IMG/VR virus record: IMGVR_UViG_3300044611_001420
Strand: one strand, 5' to 3'
DNA from: a virus
DNA length: 64,000 nucleotides
In this document: in pieces, positions 21,106 through 31,294 of the stretch
Layout of the letters: each line of letters opens with the position of its first letter
Numbering within the stretch: position 1 is the stretch's first letter
Made by a program: the position numbers and the translations under genes
Notes under the pieces: generated by a model
The model's input: the letters and a program-made list of their open reading frames with translations, nothing else
Databases searched by the model: none
Told to the model about the DNA's origin: nothing

Positions 21106-22809
21106 ATGAAATCTGGAGCAACTGAAAGTTCTTTTTATTATCTCAATCAATATTATTCATTTCCAAATAATGTTGAAGTTTCAAGAAGCATAGAAGTCTT
21201 AGCACAATCAAATAAGCAATATAAAATACTCTGGGCACACGATAATTGTGACCAACCACAACTTTTAAGACTTCCAGAACTTGTATCGCAGATTGACTTG
21301 ATTGTCTGTGTATCAAACTGGGAAGCAGAGCAATACATTAAATACAACAGAGCACCCGCAGAAAAGATTGTAGTTATTCCAAATGGTGTTGCGGATATTT
21401 TTCATCTCAAAACACCAAAATCAAAGACGGCAATTTTCTTTTCTGGACCACATAAGGGCATCACACCACTTCCAAAAATCTGGAAACAAGTCATTAAAAA
21501 TCATCCAGATGCAAAATTAAAAGTATTTTCTTCTCATAATCTTTATGGGGAACAATACGAACAGCATTTTAAAATACCAGAACACTTAGAAGCAATTGAA
21601 GAACTTAAGTCTCTTCCTGGAGTAGAATATTCTCCTTGCATTGACCGAGAACAACTTCTTCCACACATACAAGATGCTGCATTCTTCGTGCATCCTAATG
21701 TCTGGGAAGAGACCTTCTGCGTGTCTATGGCAGAAGCAATGGTTTGTGGTTGCTACCCCATCACGAGTGATATAGGGGCACTGAGAGAGGTCTCATTCAA
21801 TCGTGGTAAGTATATTCCAATGACTGGAAAAAATACCCAAGTTGGTTGGGAACCATCTCCAAAGTTTATTAATGAGTTCGCACAAGAACTTTCAAGATGC
21901 TTTGAGTTTTTTGATAAGGAACCTCAAACATTTTATGCTGCGACAAAAGAACTTTCACAAATCACCAAAGAAACTTATGATTGGAAAAAGATTGCAGTTG
22001 GTTGGGAAAAACTTATTCAAGGTCTTCAAGGTTCAACTCAGCAAAGACCAAGATATTATTGTATGACGACAATGCAGTCTTCTGAAAAATACACTCATTA
22101 TGCTTTAGATACATTCTTTAGAAATAGTATTTTCGGAAAACAAGATAAGTTTTTCTTAATTGATAATGACAAAACATTTTCAAAAGACTATGATAATGTT
22201 ACAGTGGTTTCAAATTCTTCATCAAAATCATTTGCCGAGAATATGAACTTTATTCTTAAGCAAGCAATTATGGATGGTGCCGATTTTATCGGATTGAATA
22301 ATGATATTATCTTTACAAAAAACTGGAATCAAAATTTAGGAGATTTAAATTCAGTTTCTATTCCTTTATGCAATCAACACTTGCAGGGTGATTGGATAAA
22401 GGGGGAAATGGAACTTGAAGAATTTATTGGTAAAGAAGAATCATTAAATCAAATTGCTTCTCAAATTACATCTCAACTACAGAACGTGGCACCAAACTTA
22501 ATCAAAGCATTCTATTGTTTTTATGTTCCTTATGAAGTCAGTTCAAAGGTTGGTTTATTGGATGAAGAGTTTGGAAAGGGTGGTGGTGAAGATATTGATT
22601 ATGGACTAAGAGCAGAACAACTTGGATTTGAAACAAAGTTTAATCATCAGTCTTATCTTCTTCATTTTTCTCATAGAACTTTAGAGCACGAAACTAAAGA
22701 AGAGAAAGATAAAAGAACAGAGCAGTTATACTTACACTTCTGTAAAAAGTGGGGAAAGGAAATTGCCGATAAAAGATTGTCTCTTGCAGTAACGCAAAGG
22801 TTTTCTTGA
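21106..22809 (+). CDS. Two-domain glycosyltransferase (GT4-like plus GT2-like)
   Basis: VIPNGV and WEETFCVSMAEAMVCG (EX7E) in the N-terminal half; LNNDIIF and LDEEFGKGGGEDIDY in the C-terminal half. Confidence 0.85.
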   Translation: MKSGATESSFYYLNQYYSFPNNVEVSRSIEVLAQSNKQYKILWAHDNCDQPQLLRLPELVSQIDLIVCVSNWEAEQYIKYNRAPAEKIVVIPNGVADIFHLKTPKSKTAIFFSGPHKGITPLPKIWKQVIKNHPDAKLKVFSSHNLYGEQYEQHFKIPEHLEAIEELKSLPGVEYSPCIDREQLLPHIQDAAFFVHPNVWEETFCVSMAEAMVCGCYPITSDIGALREVSFNRGKYIPMTGKNTQVGWEPSPKFINEFAQELSRCFEFFDKEPQTFYAATKELSQITKETYDWKKIAVGWEKLIQGLQGSTQQRPRYYCMTTMQSSEKYTHYALDTFFRNSIFGKQDKFFLIDNDKTFSKDYDNVTVVSNSSSKSFAENMNFILKQAIMDGADFIGLNNDIIFTKNWNQNLGDLNSVSIPLCNQHLQGDWIKGEMELEEFIGKEESLNQIASQITSQLQNVAPNLIKAFYCFYVPYEVSSKVGLLDEEFGKGGGEDIDYGLRAEQLGFETKFNHQSYLLHFSHRTLEHETKEEKDKRTEQLYLHFCKKWGKEIADKRLSLAVTQRFS

Positions 22810-22846
22810 TAAATACAAACAACACTATTAGTTAAATTGGATAAGT

Positions 22847-23686
22847 ATGTCTAACAATTATGAAGCAATTGCACTTGCAACATCTAAAGAAGTTTTAGGT
22901 GATGATAATGAGTTTATGCTTAAGGTTCTTCAAGAGGCAACTCGTTGGGAACAAAGTGAAACTGAACTCGCACAAGGTCGTTCAGATTTCCAGATTGAAA
23001 AGTTTATCATTCACGATAATTTCACAATTCCATCAGCATTTAAGGCAGCACTTGTCAATCGTAGAAGTGTAGCAGAAGGTCTTCTACAGCAAGTCATTGA
23101 TGCAAAAAGAGCAGCAAGAGAATTTCATTATAAGTGGGACGGAAAAGATAAGACACAACCAATTTGGTGGAAAACAAGACAAGGTGGTGAAGAATTATCT
23201 TGGTATGATATTGATGAGTTTCATTTTCATCGTATGCTTGAGGGTTTGAATCGTGGGTTCAAAGCTTGTGTAGAAGAACTGGAGTGCTTTGATAAACTCA
23301 TTAATCGTTTGGTTGAACTGAATGGTGGTAAGTTAATTACCAGAGAACAATATAATGAAGACCAACCAAACTACTGGGAACGCAGACTTGCGAATCAATC
23401 ACTTGATGATTTACTTGCCGCAAGAACTGGAGTAAATGCTGGTAATATTCGTTCAATGAGACGTGCAAGTGCTCCTACGGTTCTTACAGATGATGTCAAT
23501 CGTACCAAAGGAACTTTTGGTGATCCAAATAATCCTATGGATTTCCTGAATAGTCTTCAGCAGGCAGTTGCTTCTGGTATTGAGGAGATTACTGGTATGG
23601 ATCAACAACTTCTTCGTGGTGTTGAAGAACAAGAGCAAAAGCAAATTCCTCAATCGTTATTCAATCCAGACCTTAAGATAGAGTAG
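22847..23686 (+). CDS. Hypothetical helical protein
   Basis: 279-aa ORF preceded by late-promoter-like GATAAATA; no family recognised. Confidence 0.7.
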   Translation: MSNNYEAIALATSKEVLGDDNEFMLKVLQEATRWEQSETELAQGRSDFQIEKFIIHDNFTIPSAFKAALVNRRSVAEGLLQQVIDAKRAAREFHYKWDGKDKTQPIWWKTRQGGEELSWYDIDEFHFHRMLEGLNRGFKACVEELECFDKLINRLVELNGGKLITREQYNEDQPNYWERRLANQSLDDLLAARTGVNAGNIRSMRRASAPTVLTDDVNRTKGTFGDPNNPMDFLNSLQQAVASGIEEITGMDQQLLRGVEEQEQKQIPQSLFNPDLKIE

Positions 23687-23693
23687 AAACCAA

Positions 23694-25577
23694 ATGCCTT
23701 TTGTAGGAGATGTTTTTGGATTAAATTCTGTTTATGACAGACAGTCTTTAAACGTAGAGCAAAGAAATTTATCAAATTGGCCCGAATATCCTACTTATGG
23801 GTATTTTGTTGGTGGCACTACGGTCAATGCTCCTACTCAGTCAAGTACGATTACGAGATTAGATCTTGCAACCAATACAACAGGTAACCCGGGAAAAAAT
23901 CTTCCAGTAGCAAGAGTTCAAATAGCAGCAGTCTCAAACAATTTTTATGGTTATTTTGGTGGTGGATATTTAAATACTTTAGTGAGAATTGATTTTTCAA
24001 ATGAAACATTAAGTCTTCCTGGAAAGAATTTTACTGCTGTCTCAAGAGCATCTCAAGCAGCAGTGTCAAATAGTCTTTATGGATTTTTTGGTGGAGGATA
24101 TGCTCCCGGTCTAGCATCTATTATATCAAGACTTGAATTCTCCAGTGAGACGGTAAGTAACCCAGGCACTAATTTTTCCCCAAGTAGAGCAAGGTTTGCA
24201 GGAGCATCAAGTAATCTTTATGGATATTTTGGTGGTGGATATACTCCAACTCTTGTAAGTACAATCACAAGACTTGATTTTTCCAATGGAACTTTAAATC
24301 TTCCCACAAGAAATTTGCCTGCTGGAGTTGGTGACCATTCTGCAGTATCAAATATATCTTATGGATATTTTGGTGGTGGAACTGGTGTTTGTTTAATATC
24401 AAGACTTGATTTCTCTAATGAAACTGTAAGTGCTCCTGGAAAAAATTTACCATCGGTAAGAAGGGGACCACTTGCATTTTCAAGTTCTCCGGCAACCAGT
24501 TCTTTAAATGGTGCTTATGGTTATTTTGGTGGTGGTGGAACTCCTGGAGGTAGTGGTATTATCAATACTATACAACGACTTGATTTTGCAAATGAGACTA
24601 TATCTACCTTAACCGCAACGTTGTTAAATCAAAGTAGATCAGGTTCTGCAGTTGCAAATAGTGGGTCATCTTTTAGAACAAGTTCTAAGACTTATGGGTA
24701 TTTTGTCGGTGGATATTCACCTACTTTTTCTGGAAATACTTGTACTATTGATAGATTGGATTTCTCAAATGAATCTATATCAGCATTGTCAAATACATTA
24801 ACTATTGCAAAAAATAGACTTGCATCATTTTCCAATAATTATTATGGTTATTTTGGTGGACAATATTCTACAAATATTGATCGTTTAGATTTTTCTAATG
24901 GAACTACGGCACCCAGTGGAAAAAATTTACCTCAAGCAAGAATTGACCTTGGTGGATCGGAATTAGGAGGTTTATCCAATTCAAATTATGGTTATTTTGG
25001 TGGTGGTTATGGTACTTGCAAAATTGACCGTTTAGATTTTTCCAGCGAAACTATATCAGAACCAACAACAACTATGTTAAACGTTTGTTCAAGTTTTGGT
25101 GTAGTTTCCAATTCAATATATGGGTATTTTGGTGGTGGATATTCAAATTCTGTTGTAACTTGTTCTTTTAAAAGACTTGATTTTTCTACAGAAATTGTTT
25201 CCTTCACACCAACAGCAAATTTTCCATTATCAAAACAAAAAATGGGAGCAACATCAAATAGTAATTATGGATATTTTGGTGGAGGCGTAACTGCAACAAA
25301 TAATATATCTAATATGAGCCGACTTGATTTTTCAAATGAAACTGTGGGTGATCCAGGTTCAAAATTAGGAAGTAATCGATATTGGTTAGCAGCAGTTTCA
25401 AGTATTTCTTATGGTTATTTTGGTGGTGGATATCGTGCTCTTCCTCCACTTGTAATTGGATATTTTTCTACTGTTATGAGACTTGATTTTTCAAGTGATA
25501 CTACTTCTACTCCAACATTGACAGCAAGGTTGACTGCTGCTAAATCTGAATTAACAGCAGTTTCAAACTCAAACTAA
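23694..25577 (+). CDS. Kelch-like beta-propeller repeat protein 3 (12 repeats)
   Basis: Same repeat unit; ends SNSN. Confidence 0.8.
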   Translation: MPFVGDVFGLNSVYDRQSLNVEQRNLSNWPEYPTYGYFVGGTTVNAPTQSSTITRLDLATNTTGNPGKNLPVARVQIAAVSNNFYGYFGGGYLNTLVRIDFSNETLSLPGKNFTAVSRASQAAVSNSLYGFFGGGYAPGLASIISRLEFSSETVSNPGTNFSPSRARFAGASSNLYGYFGGGYTPTLVSTITRLDFSNGTLNLPTRNLPAGVGDHSAVSNISYGYFGGGTGVCLISRLDFSNETVSAPGKNLPSVRRGPLAFSSSPATSSLNGAYGYFGGGGTPGGSGIINTIQRLDFANETISTLTATLLNQSRSGSAVANSGSSFRTSSKTYGYFVGGYSPTFSGNTCTIDRLDFSNESISALSNTLTIAKNRLASFSNNYYGYFGGQYSTNIDRLDFSNGTTAPSGKNLPQARIDLGGSELGGLSNSNYGYFGGGYGTCKIDRLDFSSETISEPTTTMLNVCSSFGVVSNSIYGYFGGGYSNSVVTCSFKRLDFSTEIVSFTPTANFPLSKQKMGATSNSNYGYFGGGVTATNNISNMSRLDFSNETVGDPGSKLGSNRYWLAAVSSISYGYFGGGYRALPPLVIGYFSTVMRLDFSSDTTSTPTLTARLTAAKSELTAVSNSN

Positions 25578-25602
25578 ATAAAAACATCTACAGTATTCTA
25601 CT

Positions 25603-26262
25603 ATGAATGATATTCTTGCGAATGTTTTGATTCAACCTAAAGTTGTTACACCAGAAGGGTTGAAGTTTTTAACGGATTATATGAGAAAATCTCATAAAGA
25701 ACAAATGTCCGTTTTTGATGCTGAAAATAGTGATAAGACTAGAGAAAGACAATCAAAAATTGACTTATCGGCAAGAAATGTAAAGTGTGCCGATTTACTT
25801 CCAGTTTTTCCACAAGTCAAAGAGTTACTTGATAATGTGGTAAAAAATGTAATCAATCCTTTTTATGGATTTGAAGTGAGAGATAGTGAAGAACCACAAC
25901 TACTTTGCTATGAACCAGGAGGACACTATAAACCTCACAATGATGCCGAAGGTTTATGGACAAATCCAGATGGAACTCAGGTTTGGAAGAAGACAATAGA
26001 CCGTGATGTATCTACTGTTCTTTTTCTAAATGATGATTTTGAAGGTGGATATTTTTCTTTTCCAGATTTAAGAATTAAAATTAAACCAGAACCAGGTCTT
26101 CTTGTTTGCTTTCCATCTTCAAGGTGGTTTACGCATATGGTAGAACCTGTGATTTCTGGAAATCGTTATACTCTTGTAACTTGGATGAGAGTCAAAGGAT
26201 TTAAAACAAAAGATGAGATGGACAAAGAGATTGCCGATAAATATAACATAGAGGTTTATTAA
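25603..26262 (+). CDS. 2OG-Fe(II) oxygenase, prolyl-4-hydroxylase-like
   Basis: YKPHND (HxD), LNDDFEGG, HMVEPVISGNRY motifs. Confidence 0.9.
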   Translation: MNDILANVLIQPKVVTPEGLKFLTDYMRKSHKEQMSVFDAENSDKTRERQSKIDLSARNVKCADLLPVFPQVKELLDNVVKNVINPFYGFEVRDSEEPQLLCYEPGGHYKPHNDAEGLWTNPDGTQVWKKTIDRDVSTVLFLNDDFEGGYFSFPDLRIKIKPEPGLLVCFPSSRWFTHMVEPVISGNRYTLVTWMRVKGFKTKDEMDKEIADKYNIEVY

Positions 26263-26264
26263 AG

Positions 26265-26972
26265 ATGTCTCAACTTCTTAAGCACTATTGGATTAATCGT
26301 GATACTGGTGGATGGGCAACAGATACACCTTATGGTTTAATGATGCCCAATATTAAGGGGTTGGAGGTTAAGTATAATTTATTTACTGAAGATAATATAC
26401 AATATTGTTTATCCACTATTCCTGAGTATTTTGAATATGAGGTTACAGTTTCTCAAGAGCAATTAACTGAATATCAAAACAATTCAAATATCACAGTAGT
26501 TAGTTTCACAGAAAAACAAGTTGAAGTTCCTAATCGTCCTGGTTTAGAATCAACTGAAGAAACAAGAACAGAAACTGTTTATGATGTTGTCTACCAAGAA
26601 TCATACATTATTCAAGAAACTGAAGGTGAAGGTCTTAAAATTATCACTCAACAAGAATGGGATACTGAAATTGAAGAATTTGATAATCGTCAGCAAGAAA
26701 AAAGATATGACATTTTAAGAGAAATTCGTGATAAAATACTTGAAATTACTGATTGGATGGCAATTAAATCCTTAGAGCAAGAAACCCTTTCAGCAGAATT
26801 TAAAACTTGGAGACAAACTTTAAGAGATTTGCCAAACTCAAGTACATTCCCAACAAGTTTTCCAACTCTTCCAACTGAACTTCAAAATCATACAGAAATT
26901 CAAGAACTTTATAATAGATTTGATGAGGTTAGATCTATTTTTATGATTCAAGATCCATTGAGTAGGTCATAA
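26265..26972 (+). CDS. Tail fibre assembly chaperone-like protein
   Basis: C-terminal R..RD..L..TDW...WRQTLRDLP motif. Confidence 0.7.
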   Translation: MSQLLKHYWINRDTGGWATDTPYGLMMPNIKGLEVKYNLFTEDNIQYCLSTIPEYFEYEVTVSQEQLTEYQNNSNITVVSFTEKQVEVPNRPGLESTEETRTETVYDVVYQESYIIQETEGEGLKIITQQEWDTEIEEFDNRQQEKRYDILREIRDKILEITDWMAIKSLEQETLSAEFKTWRQTLRDLPNSSTFPTSFPTLPTELQNHTEIQELYNRFDEVRSIFMIQDPLSRS

Positions 26973-27529
26973 CATTTTTGATTTTTATCATACGCATACT
27001 CAGCACAAGGACCATTTTTTCTTACAAAGTGCAGAAAGAGTTGCATAAATCTATCATTCTTGTGAGTCCTCATAGGACTTCTCCAATGAGGAACGGTCAT
27101 TCCAAGATAAGCAAGACCACAACCAACAGGAGTTACAACTGATTGTTTGTTGCCTTCTAAATCTTTAAGTTTAATTGGCCAAGCAGCATCACCACAGATA
27201 TTCATTGTGACTGATATTTCACAGGAAGGACGGTCGGTATGGCAATTCATCCATCCTTTATTGTGATATGTTGTAGAAAACCAGTATGATGGTATAAGTT
27301 CTTCACCAACTAATTGTTCTAATGTTGGTTGAATTCTTTTCATAACAAAAGCACAAGCAGGTGGTGCATAACAAGTTAATACATTTCCTCTTTCTGGGTC
27401 AAAGTGAGTTTTTAATCCTCCTAAATCTTGTATCGCGCCCATTAAATTTTTATATTTGACTTGCAATGCGTCTTCTTTTGTAATTATATCTGGTATATAA
27501 TACCAACCCTTTCTTAAAAATTCACTCAT
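26948..27529 (-). CDS. 2OG-Fe(II) oxygenase family protein
   Basis: HTDRPSCEISVT (HxD) and HWR...QLFLHFV motifs. Confidence 0.8.
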   Translation of the reverse strand: MSEFLRKGWYYIPDIITKEDALQVKYKNLMGAIQDLGGLKTHFDPERGNVLTCYAPPACAFVMKRIQPTLEQLVGEELIPSYWFSTTYHNKGWMNCHTDRPSCEISVTMNICGDAAWPIKLKDLEGNKQSVVTPVGCGLAYLGMTVPHWRSPMRTHKNDRFMQLFLHFVRKNGPCAEYAYDKNQKCYDLLNGS

Positions 27530-27577
27530 TTTATCTATGTTAAATAGTCATATATTTCATATTTATTTTGATAGTTT

Positions 27578-28552
27578 ATGAATAATTTTGTTAAACTCGC
27601 ACTAGAAAATGGTGGAATAATAAAACCTTTAATATTTGATTCAAAGGATTTTACTGGTCCTTCTTTAAATAATCCTTCTATTTTAATTTTAAATGAAAAA
27701 ATAATAGTTAATATTAGAAATGTTAATTATACTTTATATCATTCGGAATTGGATAGGTTTGAGCATATCTGGGGTCCCTTAACATATGTTCACCCTGAAG
27801 ATGATATGCATCTTAGAACTTGGAATTATATTGCACAACTAGATGATGATTTAAATGTAGAATACTATTCAAAAATAGATACTTCCAAATTTCCAGATCA
27901 AGAACTTTGGGAATTTGTTGGTCTTGAAGATGGTCGTTTGGTAAATTGGGAAGATAAAATTTACTTATGTGGTGTCAGAAGAGACACAACATCTAATGGT
28001 GTTGGGAGAATGGAAATGTGCGAACTTGAATTTGATGATGAATCTGTAAGGGAGGTATCAAGATACCGAATTCCAGGACCACCACCAGACGATGAATATT
28101 GTATGAAAAATTGCACTCCAATAGAAGGAAAACCATTTCATTTAATTAAGTGGACGAATCCAACTTGTATTATGAAATTTGACCCAAATGGAGGTGAAAC
28201 AATAGTCCAAGAAACTACTTCTTATGTTCCTGGATATAATGATATGAGAGGTGGTTCTCAAGTTATTAAATACAAAGATGGATATTTAACGATAATTCAC
28301 GAAACTGATTTATATGATTCGGTTCAAGGTAGGAAGAACGGAACATATAGGCATAGATTTGTATATTGGAATCATGATTTTACAGAACAAAAATTTTCTA
28401 AATTATTTTCTTTCTTAAACATGAAAATAGAATTTTGTTGTGGTTTGACAAAATATAAAAATGATTACCTAATTACATTTGGTGCATCAGATAATGCTGC
28501 ATATATTTTAAAAATTTCTGAGTCTTTTCTGGAGGATTTTATCAATGAATGA
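27578..28552 (+). CDS. Five-bladed beta-propeller glycoside hydrolase/phosphorylase-like protein
   Basis: NPSI, GLEDGRL, KN.TP, RGGSQ, IEFCCG...ITFG..D motifs. Confidence 0.6.
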   Translation: MNNFVKLALENGGIIKPLIFDSKDFTGPSLNNPSILILNEKIIVNIRNVNYTLYHSELDRFEHIWGPLTYVHPEDDMHLRTWNYIAQLDDDLNVEYYSKIDTSKFPDQELWEFVGLEDGRLVNWEDKIYLCGVRRDTTSNGVGRMEMCELEFDDESVREVSRYRIPGPPPDDEYCMKNCTPIEGKPFHLIKWTNPTCIMKFDPNGGETIVQETTSYVPGYNDMRGGSQVIKYKDGYLTIIHETDLYDSVQGRKNGTYRHRFVYWNHDFTEQKFSKLFSFLNMKIEFCCGLTKYKNDYLITFGASDNAAYILKISESFLEDFINE

Positions 28553-30431
28553 ACTAATTGATTTTTGTTTGGATACAGAAAATCCTGAAAAAAATTATAA
28601 ACTAGCTCAGTGGTATGAGAAGCAAAATCATACCGCATCAGCACACGTTTATTATTTTAGAGCAGCAGAAAGGACAGAGAATAAAAATTTTGCATATACT
28701 TCACTTCTTCGTTCTTCCGTTTGCTATAAAAGTCAAGGAAAACGAGATGCAACTGAAAAATTATTAATTCATGCTGCTTTATCTTTTCTGACAGAAAGAC
28801 CAGAGGCATACTATTTTCTTTCTTTGTTTTATGAAAGAAAAGAAGAATGGGACCAATGTTATTTGTATGCAGACTTTGGATTGAAATGTTATGAAAATGA
28901 GGTTGAATCAATAGATTTGCCAGAATATCAAGGAAAGTATGCACTTATTTACCAAAAAGCACTTGCCTCCTGGTGGTGGGGACGAGGAGAAGAAAGTAAA
29001 AAACTTTTTCAATCTCTTAAGAATGATTATTGGAATGTGATGAATGATAATTATAAAAATCTTGTTAATGAAAAATTATTTACTTTTTTTAAGCAAGAAA
29101 GTGCAAAATACTCCAAGGAAGTAATAAACGTTGATAATGCAATTTTAGAAAAATATACTCTTGAAAATAAAGATTTAAAGGTCAGCAATAATGAAGAAGT
29201 CGTGGAACCAAATACAATAAGAAAAAAAATAGGTTTTGATGTTGGAGCATGTGTTGGTGAAACAATCTCTAAATTTGATGGGTTTGATAAAATCTATGCA
29301 TTTGAACCAGCTCCTCATGTATTTAATATTCTTGTTGAAAAACATAAAAATGATCCAAGAATTGAATTTTATGAGATGGCAATATCTGATGAAGATGGGG
29401 TAAAATCTCTAAAGTATCATTACAATTATGGTTATTCTTCATTTTTAGAAATTGATAAAGAAGGAGAATTTGCAAAAAAATGTCAAGAGTTTGATCCAGG
29501 TTTTGATAATATCGTATCAATAATTGATGTCCAAACGAAAAGGATTGATACTTTTATGCAAGAAAATTGCATTGAACATATAGATTTTCTCAAAATAGAT
29601 ACACAAGGAAATGATTTAAATGTAATTAAATCTCTTGGTAAAATGATTGATAAAGTTGATACTATAGAGTTGGAAGTTCAGATTAAACCTTTGTATAAAA
29701 ATTCAAGTTCTAAAGAAGAAATTGTAGATTTTATGCAAAAGAATAATTTTAATCTCATATCAGAAGAATCAAATAATTTTTTACTAAAAGATTATGAAGA
29801 ACGACTAACTTTTAAACAAAAAAAAGATAAATCTTGTTTTTCTATTAATGAATATAAAAAATCAACTTCTTGGATTGTAGATAATTTTTATGATAACCCT
29901 GATGAGATTCGTAAATTTGCTTTGGAACAAGAATTTGGAGATGAAAGTGTAATTACTGGATTTGTTGGAAGAAGAACATTTAATCAATTCTTATTCCCTA
30001 AATTAAAAGAAGCATTTGAATCTGTGATGGGTAAAAAGATTACAAAATGGGAAGAACACGGAATGAATGGAAGGTTTCAAATTTGCTGGTCTGGAGAAAG
30101 ATTGGTCTATCACTGTGATAGTCAAAGATGGGGAGGTATGATTTATCTCACACCCAATGCTCCATTTCAATGTGGAACTACATTATATGCTGATAAGAAA
30201 AATAGAGCAAGAACTTATTATGACCAAGGATGGGATGAATATTGGGCTAATACCCCAGGAGATTGTCATTTAGACAGAACACCATTTGAACCTGTAGATG
30301 TATTTGGAAATGTATATAATCGTCTTGTAATTTTTGATGCAAGTTGTATTCATTCTGCTTCAGAATACTTTGGAACTAATAAGGAAAATGCAAGACTATG
30401 GCAAATGTTCTTCTTTGATACGGAGGATTGA
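28545..30431 (+). CDS. Fusion: TPR repeats, FkbM-family methyltransferase and 2OG-oxygenase-like domain
   Basis: RPEAYYFLS helical repeats; FDVGACVG, YAFEP, LKIDTQGND; IVDNFYDNPD...YHCD...NVYNRLVIFD...H. Confidence 0.8.
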   Translation: MNELIDFCLDTENPEKNYKLAQWYEKQNHTASAHVYYFRAAERTENKNFAYTSLLRSSVCYKSQGKRDATEKLLIHAALSFLTERPEAYYFLSLFYERKEEWDQCYLYADFGLKCYENEVESIDLPEYQGKYALIYQKALASWWWGRGEESKKLFQSLKNDYWNVMNDNYKNLVNEKLFTFFKQESAKYSKEVINVDNAILEKYTLENKDLKVSNNEEVVEPNTIRKKIGFDVGACVGETISKFDGFDKIYAFEPAPHVFNILVEKHKNDPRIEFYEMAISDEDGVKSLKYHYNYGYSSFLEIDKEGEFAKKCQEFDPGFDNIVSIIDVQTKRIDTFMQENCIEHIDFLKIDTQGNDLNVIKSLGKMIDKVDTIELEVQIKPLYKNSSSKEEIVDFMQKNNFNLISEESNNFLLKDYEERLTFKQKKDKSCFSINEYKKSTSWIVDNFYDNPDEIRKFALEQEFGDESVITGFVGRRTFNQFLFPKLKEAFESVMGKKITKWEEHGMNGRFQICWSGERLVYHCDSQRWGGMIYLTPNAPFQCGTTLYADKKNRARTYYDQGWDEYWANTPGDCHLDRTPFEPVDVFGNVYNRLVIFDASCIHSASEYFGTNKENARLWQMFFFDTED

Positions 30432-31204
30432 TAATGAACGAAAAATTAATAAATTTTCCCCCAGTTTATTATATTTCTTTAAGTGATTCTACCGACAGAC
30501 AACAATCATTTGAAAATCAATTTATTTTAAATGGAATTGAAAATGTAAAAATGATTGAAGCATATGATGGTAGGAAAGAAGATTATAGGAATAAACCCGA
30601 TATTGTTGATGGTCTTCATTTTGAGTCTATGGATTCTGGTGCAATTGCTGCTACAATTTCCCATTTAAAAGCAATATCAGAGTGGTATTATAATTCAGAT
30701 TCTGATTATGCAATCTTTTTTGAAGATGATATGGCAATAGAATCTATAAATTATTGGAATTTCAATTGGCAAGAATTTGCTAAAGAATTACCAAAAGATT
30801 GGAATGTAATTCAATTATCATTAATTAAATCAGAGATTCAAGAAAGTGATATGAAATTGAATCATAGAAATTGGGATATAAATTGGTCTGCAGGAAGTTA
30901 TTTAATTAAAAAAACTTATGCTAAAAAATTAATAGATTTATATTTTAATAATGAAAAATATTTTTTAAAAGTTGAATATAATGAGGAAACAATTCCTTAT
31001 ATAGAAACTATTTTGTTTTCTCCTGCAGTTAAAAATGCATATACAATTCCCTTATTTTATGAAAATATAAATTTTGCTTCAACTTTTTACCCACATTTTA
31101 TTCAATCAACTCATAAAGGAACTCAAATTGACTCTTCAAATTATGTTCGTTATTGGTGGAAAATAAAAGGGAAAGAATTAACTTTAAATGATTTAAAGTT
31201 ATAA
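30428..31204 (+). CDS. Glycosyltransferase family 25
   Basis: YYISL..STDR, EAYDG, ISHLKA, FFEDD motifs. Confidence 0.8.
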   Translation: MIMNEKLINFPPVYYISLSDSTDRQQSFENQFILNGIENVKMIEAYDGRKEDYRNKPDIVDGLHFESMDSGAIAATISHLKAISEWYYNSDSDYAIFFEDDMAIESINYWNFNWQEFAKELPKDWNVIQLSLIKSEIQESDMKLNHRNWDINWSAGSYLIKKTYAKKLIDLYFNNEKYFLKVEYNEETIPYIETILFSPAVKNAYTIPLFYENINFASTFYPHFIQSTHKGTQIDSSNYVRYWWKIKGKELTLNDLKL

Positions 31205-31260
31205 TTTATCTTCAAACCTAACAGAGTGATTTTAGTTAGATTTTTATGTCTTGTCAACAC

Positions 31261-31289
31261 TTGACACTCAAAAGTTGTTGATGTATGAT
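31261..31289 (+). promoter_or_regulatory. sigma70-type promoter
   Basis: TTGACA-N17-TATGAT. Confidence 0.75.
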
Positions 31290-31294
31290 GAAAA

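Noticed and set aside
16585-25577. CRISPR-like array or diversity-generating retroelement in the YGYFGGG repeats
   Set aside because: Repeats are in-frame protein units; no cas or reverse transcriptase gene and no non-coding template repeat in the window.
25603-26262. Prolyl hydroxylase acting on the collagen tracts
   Set aside because: The tracts contain almost no proline, so another substrate is more likely.
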